Assembly (NCBI GenBank): GCA_002269645.1
Contig: NIVC01002498.1
Span: forward strand, 62,001-126,000
From: Macrostomum lignano
Taxonomy: Eukaryota
Direction of reading: 5' to 3'
Length of the DNA: 64,000 nt
Numbering within the stretch: the stretch's first letter is position 1; every line of letters starts with the position of its first letter. Shown piece by piece: positions 43,281 to 54,629 of this stretch. A model generated the notes under the pieces. The model ran no database searches. It had not been told where the DNA came from and was given only the letters and a program-made list of their open reading frames with translations. The translations under genes and the position numbers were made by a program.

Positions 43281-46200
43281 TTATTGCATCCTCATTTGCT
43301 TGGGAGCCTGATCAGCAGCTAGTTGAGGTGCTTCTCGATTGTAACGGCGGCAGCTGTGGCGGCAGGGGTCTCTTAGAGCAAAGTGCCCATACGGAAGACT
43401 TTGGTTTGGGGAAGTCCACGCACGCTTGTCCTCCCATACAGTCAGGGCACGCTTCTGTTGCTCTAAAGTGACTACTCTGTGTCGTCGGCTAGCGATTCTG
43501 CGTGTCAAGACGCGAAGCTCCTTCAAACTGGCAAACGCCTGCATGTAGTCATCGTGTGTGATTTCTGCCCGCAGCACACTCTTCTGAACACCTTTGGCTG
43601 CCTTCTTCCCTCCAGACTCGGCCTTCATCGAGTATAGTTTTGGTCTCAAAAGGATCCATTCACGATGGGGTTGCCTGCAGATTCGTCCTTTATGCAGCCT
43701 AACTTGGCTTTTAGATCATCGGATCGGAATTGATGGTCGGCCGGGAAGTTTGAGGTATCTAGCAATCGCTGGCGAATGAGTTCTGGTAGAACAGCACTCT
43801 GAACATCGATGTTTTTAAAGCACAGAAAGAAGGAATCGGTGTCCCCACCGCATAGGGAAACTCCTTGTTGGAGAGCAGGATTCTCAAATGTTGGCTTTAG
43901 CTTTCCATAGTACAATCGGTACATCGCCAGCTTAGAGTCATCTAAAACACATTGACCAACGTAGATTGGGCGGTCAAGAGTGACTGAAGTCTTGAAAAAT
44001 TGAAAAACTACTAAGTCTTGAGTCACAATCGTAAAGTCCTTAAGATTCGGACGCGATGAATAGATTTCGGACTGCTCCTCGTTGTTAGAAATTCGAACAC
44101 TGAGCCTCTTCCGTACGTTTTCCATCGTTTTGCCGAACAGGGAGTTATTCTTCAGTTTGTAATAGTCTTTTTCGAATTCCGTTGTAGCCACTGAGCGCTT
44201 TTTGCTGTTTCTGTCAATGTAGGCTTGGAAAATTGCAGCTTGACAAAATCGAATAGCTCTTCGGACCTTTTTTAGTCGCATACCGTGACGCAAGTAGAAC
44301 TTCAAAATTCGGAAATGCACGCGCACGACGTAGGATTCCTTGTCATGACATGTGAGTAAAAGTTTCACACAGCCTTTGTACGGCTCGTTGCGAGTGTTCA
44401 ATTCGCCCCAAAGACGTTTCATGAATGGCGGAAACTCTTCGAGCTTAGGCGCGGCCTTCTCGGGGGCAAATGGCAAATCTTGTGTCTGCGTGTGGATTAC
44501 ATCTGGATATTCCAAATCAACCTCAAATAGGTAGCCAACTGGACCATCGTCATCCAATTTAAGTAGCTTCTCTTCTGTCCATTCACACAGTTCTTCTTCA
44601 CTAAGCCACTCAAAGTCACTGACGGGTCGTTTTTCGGACAGCGCTTGCCCGTAGAGATTATTCATGTCTACGGGGAGCAAAGAATTTGTCTCGGCATTAG
44701 AAGCTGCGCTTGATGAATCTGCACCATCTGACGACTGGTGACTGGTCCGGCAGTAACATGATGAACGTTCGTGAAGGTCATTCCTCCACGAATGCCAAGC
44801 TCAAAGAGTCTGTACTTCTCAGCATCGTCGAGCAACTGGAGCGGTGTTGGCGCGGATTTCAGCGCGGAATCAAATGATAGACCTGGTGTAGTAAAGTAGT
44901 GGGCTGGGTCAAGACCGTCATCATGGAGACTCAAACGGCGAAAGTTCTGAAAAACATCGGCAAGTTGACGGATGTCAAGCTGCAGGTAGGCAAGCATGTA
45001 GTCGTGCAAATTTTTTGCTTCGATCTGCTTCCAGGCTTTGCGCGCATGAGCATAGCTCTCCTCACTGCAAGCTGTCTTTGTCAGAGAGTTGAAAAACTCT
45101 TCTCTGCTCGGAAGTTCGGTCACTGCCAAATTCGCGGGGATTTGACGAAATCATAGGGAAAGACTCCCTTGATAGACAAAGTTTCATTAGTTAACTTTGG
45201 AAAGCAGCTTTTCATTTGCTGAGTGAATTTTCTGTCCTGGAGAGGTAAGTTGCGAATCAGTTTGTCTAGACCGCGTTTAAAAACTGGAATGAATCGAGGA
45301 ACTGCAGAGTGAAGAAAATTGTTTTCTTTTTGCCTTTCGGTAGAGTGATTTCGGCGATTGGGAAATCTACTCGAAGAGACATATAGCGTTCAGAAGTCTG
45401 AGGAATGACACTCAGCTTCCAGTTTTTCATATTTCCTAACGCTGTTGAAAACAGGAGGTGCATGTCATAATTTCGGAGATTATGGAAGAAAATCGGCAGA
45501 AATCTTCGGCGAAGTTGCGCTAATTTGTTACACCGTGAACATGCGGCGCCTTTGAATTTTCCAGTCAGATGATCATGGTCATAGTGCTTGTCATTAGTGT
45601 CAGTAAACTGTCGATCACAGTAATGACAGTTGGAGGATTCACTGAAGATTTGACTAGCAATAGTGTCTGCTTCAGCCGTTTGGTAGCTGTGCCTTCTGTT
45701 CCATTCATAGACTTCTCGAGCCACGCGTTCCAGCTCATGAAGAAACGTTTCCATACACTCCAATGGATTCGAACTGGAGACCAACTTCACCTGACCTTGA
45801 TCCTTGAGTGGTGGTCCCTTCATGCCTTCACGAGCAACGAGTAGAAATCCACCCGCTGCAGGCAGATGCTCGGTAATAAAGACGGTTTTGCCAGTTACCA
45901 TGCCCTCATCTGGTCTTGCTTGTACATGACTGCTGCTGCTGCTGCTGCTGCGTGTGCTGCAGACTTGCTCATTGTCGCTGACCTCCATTTCCTCAACCTT
46001 CTGATGCATGACCTCTCGAGTGTGGGGGCCTAGCGGAGAATTAAATGCTTCAATATCAGCATAGATGGCGAACGGTGCTTCAATAGTTTTGAAGTAGTTT
46101 TGAAAAGACAGCACGCTGCGCTTCTCAGTAGGAACTCGTTCCTTGACAGCAAACTCATTAGAGCGATAGCACTGCTCTCTGTGCTCACTTAGCTTCTGAT

Positions 46201-47112
46201 CAGTTACGAAAGAGCTCAAGCAGCGTTCACACCACTTTCTGTGGTAAAGACCGCTTTTACTGTTTAGTAGCCTATCAAGGCTCACAATTCCGCACCAGTG
46301 TTTATCCTCTTCATCCTTGTTAGCTGATTTGTTCAATAGTAGGAGAAGAACTACTTTGCGACTGCATGCGACTTCAACTCGTGGCTGCCTCAGCACACTG
46401 ACACCGTTACTGCTTGACCAAGAAAAAACTACAAAACATAACCTTGGGTTCAGTAATTCGATTCGATTTAGCTGGTTGAGTCCAACGGGTAAGGAAATTC
46501 CTGAAAGATTGATATCGTTCAACCAGTCCTTGTAAGTAGAAAACCTTTGAGGGTTTTTCCTCAAATTCTCATCACCGTGATGCAGCACTGCAAGGCAGGC
46601 ATACAAAAAACAATCAGAGCCAGTACTAGGAGGATTGATGACGGCTTTTTTTGCCTTCAGCAGAGGAGGTAATTCAAAATTGCTTGCGTGACCAGAGTAG
46701 AAGCGCAGTCTTTGACCAACCGCAATATTCAAGTCGATGCAGTTGACGCGCACAATCACCCAACCACTGCCATTTGTGTTCATCTTCTCAATGATGCCTT
46801 CGCAACCATCAATCTGCTGCTTCCACCAATCATCAAAGCAAGCGGCGTCATTGACAGGTTGCAAACGAGTGCTTACCCATCTTTCTTCCTGGTTCACCAC
46901 TTCACCAGCTTGGATTCTGTTCATTCGGATGCTCATTTTTAGCTGCGCTCTAACTAAAAGATTTGGATTCACCATCTTCTCGAATACAATTCGCTGTATT
47001 GCTTCCCTGCTCCGTCGGGCGAGTTCAAATGGGTCACATGGTGCATCGCTTGGCACGGAAATTCGATACACCACCAGGGTTTCGTTGTGCGCACTTGCTA
47101 CTTGCTGAATGT
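43281..47112 (-). CDS. Protein-primed family B DNA polymerase (pPolB), main exon, broken by about four single-base frameshifts
   Basis: N-terminal region with DCFLYAC/KHW, C2H2 finger (CERC..H..C), ExoI AIYADIE, endonuclease VII-like CHYC..DHDHLTG...C..CN, ExoII FHNLRNYD, FLDSFQF, KGVFPYD, DMNNLYG, KLKNNSLFGK, GDTDS, KDE, LRPKLYS, KGV and C-terminal EDKR...LPYGH. Confidence 0.96.
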
Positions 47113-47293
47113 CTAAAAAAAAATTAACAGCTTTGCTTATTTTCTGTTACTCAAAGGATGGTATTCCATGGTAATGAAATTTAGACTCAATAAGCACACT
47201 TAAATTGAATTTCTCGATTTTTAAATACAAAACTTCGAATGCACCCAGGAATTAAATAACTTAAGGCTGAAATTAAAAATGTTGTTGACTCAC

Positions 47294-48271
47294 GATAAGG
47301 ATTAATATTGCTGGCACCGTTGTTTTCGATCAAGCTGAGTTCCCTTCCTGCACTACCGCCGCCAGTGTCGCTTCCTGCACTACCACCACCGGTATCGCTT
47401 CCTGCACTGCCGCCGCCGGTGTCGCTTCCTGCACTGCCGCCGCCGGTGTCGCTTCCTGCACTGCCGCCGCCGGTATCGCTTCCTGCACTGCCGCCGCCGG
47501 TGTCGCTTCCTGCACTGCCACCGCCGGTGTCGCTTCCTGCACTGCCGCCGCCGGTGTCGCTTCCTGCACTGCCGCCGCCGGTGTCGCTTCCTGCACTGCC
47601 GCCGCCGGTGTCGCTTCCTGCACTGCCGCCGCCGGTATCGCTTCCTGCACTGCCGCCGCCGGTGTCGCTTCCTGAACTGCCACCGCCGGTATCGCTTCCT
47701 GCACTGCCACCGCCGGTATCGCTTCCTGCACTACCACCACCGGTATCGCTTCCTGCACTGCCGCCGCCGGTGTCGCTTCCTGCACTGCCGCCGCCGGTAT
47801 CGCTTCCTGCACTGCCACCGCCGGTGTCGCTTCCTGCACTGCCACCACCGGTGTCGCTTCCTGCACTGCCGCCGCCGGTATCGCTTCCTGCACTGCCACC
47901 ACCGGTGTCGCTTCCTGCACTGCCGCCGCCGGTGTCGCTTCCTGCACTGCCGCCGCCGGTGTCGCTTCCTGCACTGCCGCCGCCGGTGTCGCTTCCTGCA
48001 CTGCCACCGCCGGTGTCGCTTCCTGCACTGCCGCCGCCGGTGTCGCTTCCTGCACTACCACCGCCGGTGTCGATCAGACTGGAACCGCTACTAGCACAAT
48101 CTTGCTTAGTGTTGTTGGTGTCGTTTCAGAGAGCCTATCGAAATCACTCTCCGAGTAGTCTGCCCCGGAACTTGATTCAGACCAATTATCTTCGCTCTCT
48201 GATTCTGACCAGCAGTCACAATCGGACTCTGAAAACTCGCTTGAGTCCTGCTCTGCTCTCTGTCCCTGCAC
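47294..48271 (-). CDS. Putative upstream exon of pPolB encoding a Ser/acidic segment and ~27 DTGGGSAGS repeats
   Basis: Frame reads (DTGGGSAGS)n...NGASNINPY and ends at a phase-1 consensus donor C|GTGAGT (47293). This matches the phase-1 acceptor TTTTTTTTTAG|AC at 47113. One frameshift near 48135; no ATG was found. Confidence 0.6.
47335..48070. repeat. 27-bp GC-rich tandem repeat (~27 copies) inside the Polinton
   Basis: Unit GCTTCCTGCACTGCCGCCGCCGGTGTC; most variation falls at third codon positions of the minus-strand DTGGGSAGS frame. Confidence 0.95.
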
Positions 48272-48837
48272 AGTGAAAGTGCGGCAGAGTTGAACAACTG
48301 TTTTTAGAGCTTATCAACCTCGCCTCCATTTCAAAACCCCACCCTTTCCACTCAAGCCCCGCACCCGTTACAAAGTTTATTGCCCATTTATTATCAATCC
48401 CAGTGCGCCAGAGGCAGACACTCAAGAACAAAGACAAGAACCTCTCTCTTATCTATTTCACTCCGCACTGACAAATAGTGCGGCAGAGTTGCATAGGCAT
48501 GCTATAGGATAAGCATAGTGGGGACGCCGAGGAGTTGCAATGGCCAGGCACAAATTGAGGTGGACGTTTCCACGCTATGCCTACCTTGTTTTTAATTTGT
48601 TTACTCTGCTATTCCAAAAACCTTCCAATTCTTTGCTTTGCTACCTGCCTCCCCCAGTGCGGCAGAGTTGCATTAAGCGTTTCACCACCCGCGCCGCCCA
48701 GCCAATCGCACCCACCCCACGCCCCCTTATTTCCATTGGCTATCTCAGCTGGCTCTTTTTACGCCCTCCTATCCTTTTTACATTACCGCCTATCTCCGCA
48801 GTGCAAGTGCGGCAGAGTTGCATAAACTCATACTACT
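48256..48837 (-). repeat. Right terminal inverted repeat of the Polinton (~580 bp)
   Basis: Reverse complement of the left TIR, identical over the outer ~55 bp and more divergent inward. Confidence 0.92.
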
Positions 48838-49084
48838 TATCGCCATAGACAATTCGGTGGGAAAGTTCCGCGCTTAGTACGAAAGTACGAGATTGTACGA
48901 TATTGCACCATGACTTACGTGGCTCTGATATTCGATTATTGCCATAGACGATTTCATCTTGGCAAGTTCATCCAGGTCTTGGTCAGTCAAAAGCCGTATA
49001 TGTGGACACTGAGCCAGAAAAGTATCAAAATCACTTCCACCTCCAGCACTGGCAGTTCCGTGAACTGAGAGCCATCTAATTCTT

Positions 49085-50322
49085 CCTCGGGGGTGCGGGG
49101 ACGGAGTCTTACCATAGACAAATTCTCATCAACCGGGGGTGCGGGAACGGAGTCTAACAATAGACAAATTCTCATCAACCGGGGGTGCGGAAACGGAGTC
49201 TAACCATAGACAAATTCTCATCAACCGGGGGTGCGGGAACGGAGTCTAACAATAGACAAATTCTCATCAACCGGGGGTGCGGGAACGGAGTCTAACAATA
49301 GACAAATTCTCATCAACCGGGGGTGCGGGAACGGAGTCTAACAATAGACAAATTCTCATCAACCGGGGGTGCGGGGACGGAGTCTAACCATAGACAAATT
49401 CTCATCAACCGGGGATGCGGGGACGGAGTCTAACCTTAGACAAATTCTCATCAACCGGGGATGCGGGGACGGAGTCTAACCATAGACAAATTCTCATCAA
49501 CCGGGGGTGCGGGGACGGAGTCTAACCTTAGACAAATTCTCATCAACCGGGGGTGCGGGGACGGAGTCTAACCATAGACAAATTCTCATCAACCGGGGTG
49601 CGGGGACGGAGTCTAACCATAGACAAATTCTCATCAACCGGGGATGCGGGGACGGAGTCTAACCTTAGACAAATTCTCATCAACCGGGGATGCGGGGACG
49701 GAGTCTAACCATAGACAAATTCTCATCAACCGGGGGTGCGGGGACGGAGTCTAACCTTAGACAAATTCTCATCAACCGGGGATACGGGGACGGAGTCTAA
49801 CCATAGACAAATTCTCATCAACCGGGGGTGCGGGGACGGAGTCTAACCTTAGACAAATTCTCATCAACCGGGGGTGCGGGGACGGAGTCTAACCATAGAC
49901 AAATTCTCATCAACCGGGGGTGCGGGGACGGAGTCTAACCATAGACAAATTCTCATCAACCGGGGGTGCGGGGACGGAGTCTAACCTTAGACAAATTCTC
50001 ATCAACCGGGGATGCGGGGACGGAGTCTAACCATAGACAAATTCTCATCAACCGGGGATGCGGGGACGGAGTCTAACCTTAGACAAATTCTCATCAACCG
50101 GGGATGCGGGGACGGAGTCTAACCATAGACAAATTCTCATCAACCGGGGGTGCGGGGACGGAGTCTAACCATAGACAAATTCTCATCAACCGGGGGTGCG
50201 GGGACGGAGTCTAACCATAGACAAATTCTCATCAACCGGGGGTTCGGGGACGGAGTCTAACCATAGACAAATTCTCATCAACCGGGGGTGCGGGGACGGA
50301 GTCTAACCATAGACAAATTTTC
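49085..50322. repeat. 46-bp minisatellite (CATAGACAAATTCTCATCAACCGGGGGTGCGGGGACGGAGTCTAAC)n
   Basis: ~27 copies starting ~250 bp outside the right TIR. Confidence 0.96.
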
Positions 50323-53163
50323 ATCGATAATAGACAAAAATCGATCTGTTTTTGCTCTTTTCGTTGCTATAGATCCTAATTTTACTATATTTTCTTTGCG
50401 TGCGTTACGAGTCGTAAATCGTAAATACGTTTCTCTGTTTACTAATAAAGTCTATGGTTAAATTTAGCGGGCAAAAATTTCCGGGCACAATGCGGTTAGA
50501 AATAGCCTATCTCCGTCAGCTATTTTTGCGGGCAAATAAAGCCAATAGACACACTATCGGGCATGCCTAAAGGCTCGCTGAATTAAAAAGCCTACTAACA
50601 ATACACTATTGGAGCAGCTGAAGTTTTACCGAAACTTTGCTGGCTTGCCGGAATTTCGATCAAGACAAGTAAACGTTTTAGTGCAGCTCGACCGAAACAC
50701 ACGCTTGCTTTGTTGGAATTCAGAATTGGGATATGGGAATATGGGAACTGCAGATTAGCAATATGCGACCCTTCATTAAGTGACATCACTTATTAATGTA
50801 TACCATACTTTGTTGAAATTTCCTAGAAGTGACGTCATTCGCGAAATCGCAGCCGCAAGCGACGCCATTGGAAATATCCTATAAATGACGTGATTTTCTA
50901 TATACTCAATGCATGTGTTATAAGTGACGACGCCATTTCAATCATTTTGCAAGTGACGTCATTTGCAACTTTCTACGAGTGACGTCATTTGCGATAACCG
51001 GAAATGACGTAATTAGTAATAGTTTACAGTTGATTATGTTTTTATTGGCACTTTCCGATACAAGTGCGTCACTGACTATATTTCACTGCCATACTCAATA
51101 CAGGTTCAAAATAAAATTTCGAGTGTCCATATGGAAGTCGCCAAACTTCGCAAGAGCTCGCTGAAAAGTGCAAAGCAGAGGGCTTTGCTTATAGTGAATT
51201 CGTTATCGCGGAGGCGAGAGCAAATCAATTCCAAAGGGTTTATCAATCAGTACAGCAGTGGTTGAGAGGGAGTTTGCCCTGCTTGACAAACAACTGCCCT
51301 GCAGTCTGCAGATGCAGCTTTTGACTATGCAATGCAGCTCAAAGCATGTTCCCTATAATGATATATATTTTTGTGTTAGCATAACGTAAACCTAATAAGA
51401 CGCATGTTTCAGGACTTTTGTATAAGCGTTTAGCATTATATAGATAAATGGCGCTGGACAGCATCTGACGAGGGCTGGCCAAATTTAATTAGCATTAGTC
51501 GGAAGCATTTCAGAAGCGGTAAACCCTCCTGAGAGTTGAGATATTCCTTAGAAATTATTTCAAAGGGGTTGAACGGATATACTGTAAGTAGCGCGCCATC
51601 TCTACCATGCTCCCATGCACCTGGTGTTCAACGAGCACAAAATACGCTGTCAATACTTCTTAGAAAAAATTGTGTTCAAAGGAGCGCCCTAAGGCTTGGG
51701 TGCCAACGTATTAAGTATGTCGCGCGCAGTACGATTCGGCATTGACGCAATTTGCTTGCCAAGGGGATCAGCTGAAGGTGAATTGAACAAGTGTTCAAGA
51801 ATCCATTTGTATAGTTTTCACTCGTCATGTACTATCGTATATGTACTTCTTTCTACCCAAGCAATAAAAAGAAAAGAAGCAAATTAAAGCAATCTAAACA
51901 GTTGGGTAGGTGACTGCATGGAGATGCGTAGATGTATTTTAATATTTATAGATCTGTAAATATTCTATCGTTATTCCTTATTTATTTCATACTAAAGGTA
52001 TCGAGCAGTATCTTTAGATTGTATCCTACCAAAGTAGGTAGACACGGGATAAGTATAAATAAATAAATTTAACACACGTTTAGATTTTTGATTATTTAGA
52101 ATTCTTAGGCAGTCCAAAGCTTCAGTAGCACTAATTCAGGGACTGCTCAATGACTACTCAAGTAACATATAAATATATATAGGACGCTACACTCGAAATC
52201 TATGGTAAATGTTTTGAAGGCAACTTTTCGCCGAAAAATGCATTACAGAGATAGGGGGTTTTAATTTTTTCAGCACAAAAATTGTTTTTGCTTTTGATAA
52301 GAGGCAGATCCAGTGTTCATCTTTTGATATGTTGTGCCTTTCTTATTGCTCTATCGATATTCATAGAGCTTTCTGTTCAGAAATAGTTTTAAAGGCAGGT
52401 TTAACCGGAAAAATACACTACGGAGATGGGAAATTTCACGATTGTCAACACTAAAACAGTGATTGGGTCTCTTAACAGTGTCAGAGAAAGTTTTAATCAC
52501 ACTATTTTGTGCCTCAGATGCTGCTCTAACGACGCATTAATCGATTTTTCATGTTAAATTGGTCTTGTCATTATTTTAAACGTTTTTTCAAGTGACAGAC
52601 CAATTTAACGTCCAATTCTACATAAGTTGTTCTTGGGACTACTAAATAAATACTCCTTAGTAGACCCTGAGCTAATATTATGTATTTCTAACTACTTGTG
52701 CGAAGAAATATCGATATGGTGCAAATTTGGTAATTTTGGTATGGTACAAATTGTGCCCCTACATCTGAGTCAAGACCTTACATGCCGCATTTTTCTTTTA
52801 ATCATTATAACAAAAAGGTTTAAATAGCTAGAAGTTAAAGTTTATATTTCAGGCTTGTAACAAAATTTGGGCACAGAAAGTTTACTAACATTAAGGACAA
52901 AAATGTTTTTCTTTAAGAAGCCCTCGCGCTAATGACATCATTCATTTCGTCCATTCAGACACATGGACTTTCGTTGGTATTTCCAAGCTTTCATTTTTGC
53001 AAACTTTGGCGTGCAATTCTTAAGAATATTTCTTTGGTTCGAAGCTTCGTCATGGCTGTCAAACCATTTCACTGTGGTGCTTTAAAAAGGCTTCTTAACT
53101 ATCTAACAAGAGATTTGTCTACCGTTAGAGCTTTTGATACTGTAAAAGCTAGTAATAACAATT

Positions 53164-53568
53164 ATGACTATTCAAGTTCAGGATTCTGTCATGAATATTT
53201 TAAAGAGCATGATTGAGTCTGACCAGCAATTTGTTAGCACAGAACTGCCCATGTTTACTACCGAATCCGAACCAACATCAACAACGGTACTGCCCCGATT
53301 TGGGCCTAACGCCACGTCGACATCAGCTATCTTCTTGGTGACATCGGAATTCAACACTGCGAGCGACATCGCTTTTGCTGTTTCAGCTGCTCTAATCGTC
53401 CTGGTGATTGTAGCAGCGGTTCTAATCCTATTTTGGCGTCGCAGTACTCAACGGACGAACTCTGCTGAGAGGACAAATCGTGCTCCTTCCAATCTGATTG
53501 TCCGTCAGAATCCCAACAGCCCAGACTGCACTGAAGCAGAGGACTGCCAGCTTGAAAGTTTTGTGTGA
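53164..53568 (+). CDS. Small single-pass membrane protein, or the last exon of one (Thr/Ser-rich stalk, TM, cytoplasmic tail ending ESFV)
   Basis: TM IAFAVSAALIVLVIVAAVLILFW followed by RR; acceptor-like ttcag at ~53180; followed by a long AT-rich 3' UTR-like region. Confidence 0.5.
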   Translation: MTIQVQDSVMNILKSMIESDQQFVSTELPMFTTESEPTSTTVLPRFGPNATSTSAIFLVTSEFNTASDIAFAVSAALIVLVIVAAVLILFWRRSTQRTNSAERTNRAPSNLIVRQNPNSPDCTEAEDCQLESFV

Positions 53569-54629
53569 CAACTCAGCAATGATTTTGCATTTACTATTGC
53601 TGACTTAGTTTCATGTTGCCATATTCTATCTAGATAAGCTATAGGCATGGTTATTTTATATACTAGCATGTGGTACACCTATGTCTTTGCTTACATTTTT
53701 ATCAACTGCTTTTGTCTTCTACTCACCCTTTTGATCAAAGAAATTCATTTTTATTAATCAAATACAGATTTAACTATGCACTGGGGTAGTGGATTATATA
53801 AGGCCTCTCATATTTCAATTTCAAGGCCTTAGTTTAGGTTTCAGCAATGTCATTATATTCAGATTTTTTTAATCATTGTTATTCAGATAGGTGTTATTAT
53901 ATTTTTATTTATTTTCTGTATGATTATAATTCAATTTATCTTTTTATCCAATGCTGTAGTGCAGGCGCTACATATTTGAGTTTTTTTGTTTTGTGGCAAT
54001 CTTTTTTAAAGTAACATTGTTTTACATTTTTCCTAATTCAATTAATAATTCTATTATAAATTATAATTTATAGGGTTCAAAAAATGTGTATGCAAATTCT
54101 ACTGATGCTCTGTATGTTTTAGTTGTTGTTTTATCTGCTATTTAAAGTTGATTAAACAATTAACATCTGTATTATCCTGATTATTTGCTTTTAAATAAAC
54201 ATGAATGTTTGATTGTTATTATTAACTATTAAGCATTGGTATTCAAGCCCATGATTTTCTGATGCTGTGTTTGAAATTTTTATGCACAGATACTTAAAAG
54301 TTTTTGTTTGTTTCATTTTATTTAAACTGACCTGGCAAATCATTGTTGAATGAGTTTTAAGCTGAATTTCTCAAAAACAACTTACCAGATTGCTTAAGCT
54401 TATCATTTTTATTTTTCTATATCTGAAAACCATAAGACTACTGGCTATTCACATACAGTAGTATAACTGTGCTCATTAAAAACTTTTGTTGTTTTAATCT
54501 ATACAGCGTTAGGCTATTCACGTGAAGTGTATCTTCTCCTGTTTAATACTCATGATGGCATTTAAACATCATTTATTTTCATTCTGGGTTTGTATAGGAA
54601 TTTTTCTTTTTGCATGGGCAGGTGCTGGT

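Larger units (their letters stand above)
33723..48837. mobile_element. Complete Polinton/Maverick (adintovirus-like) element, 15,115 bp
   Basis: Begins AGTAGTATGAGTTTATGC and ends GCATAAACTCATACTACT; 6-bp TSD TATCGC at 33717-33722 and 48838-48843; long TIRs; encodes INT, mCP, MCP, PRO, ATPase and pPolB. Confidence 0.97.

Noticed and set aside
43001-43471. 156-aa plus-strand ORF after the TBP-like gene
   Set aside because: AT-rich intergenic DNA plus antisense of the pPolB C-terminus; no motif.
47308-48276. Plus-strand 322-aa proline-rich ORF (LPALPPPVS)n and minus-strand (QEATPAAAV)n ORF
   Set aside because: Alternative readings of the 27-bp repeat. Only the DTGGGSAGS frame links by phase-matched splice sites to pPolB; these frames have no such support.
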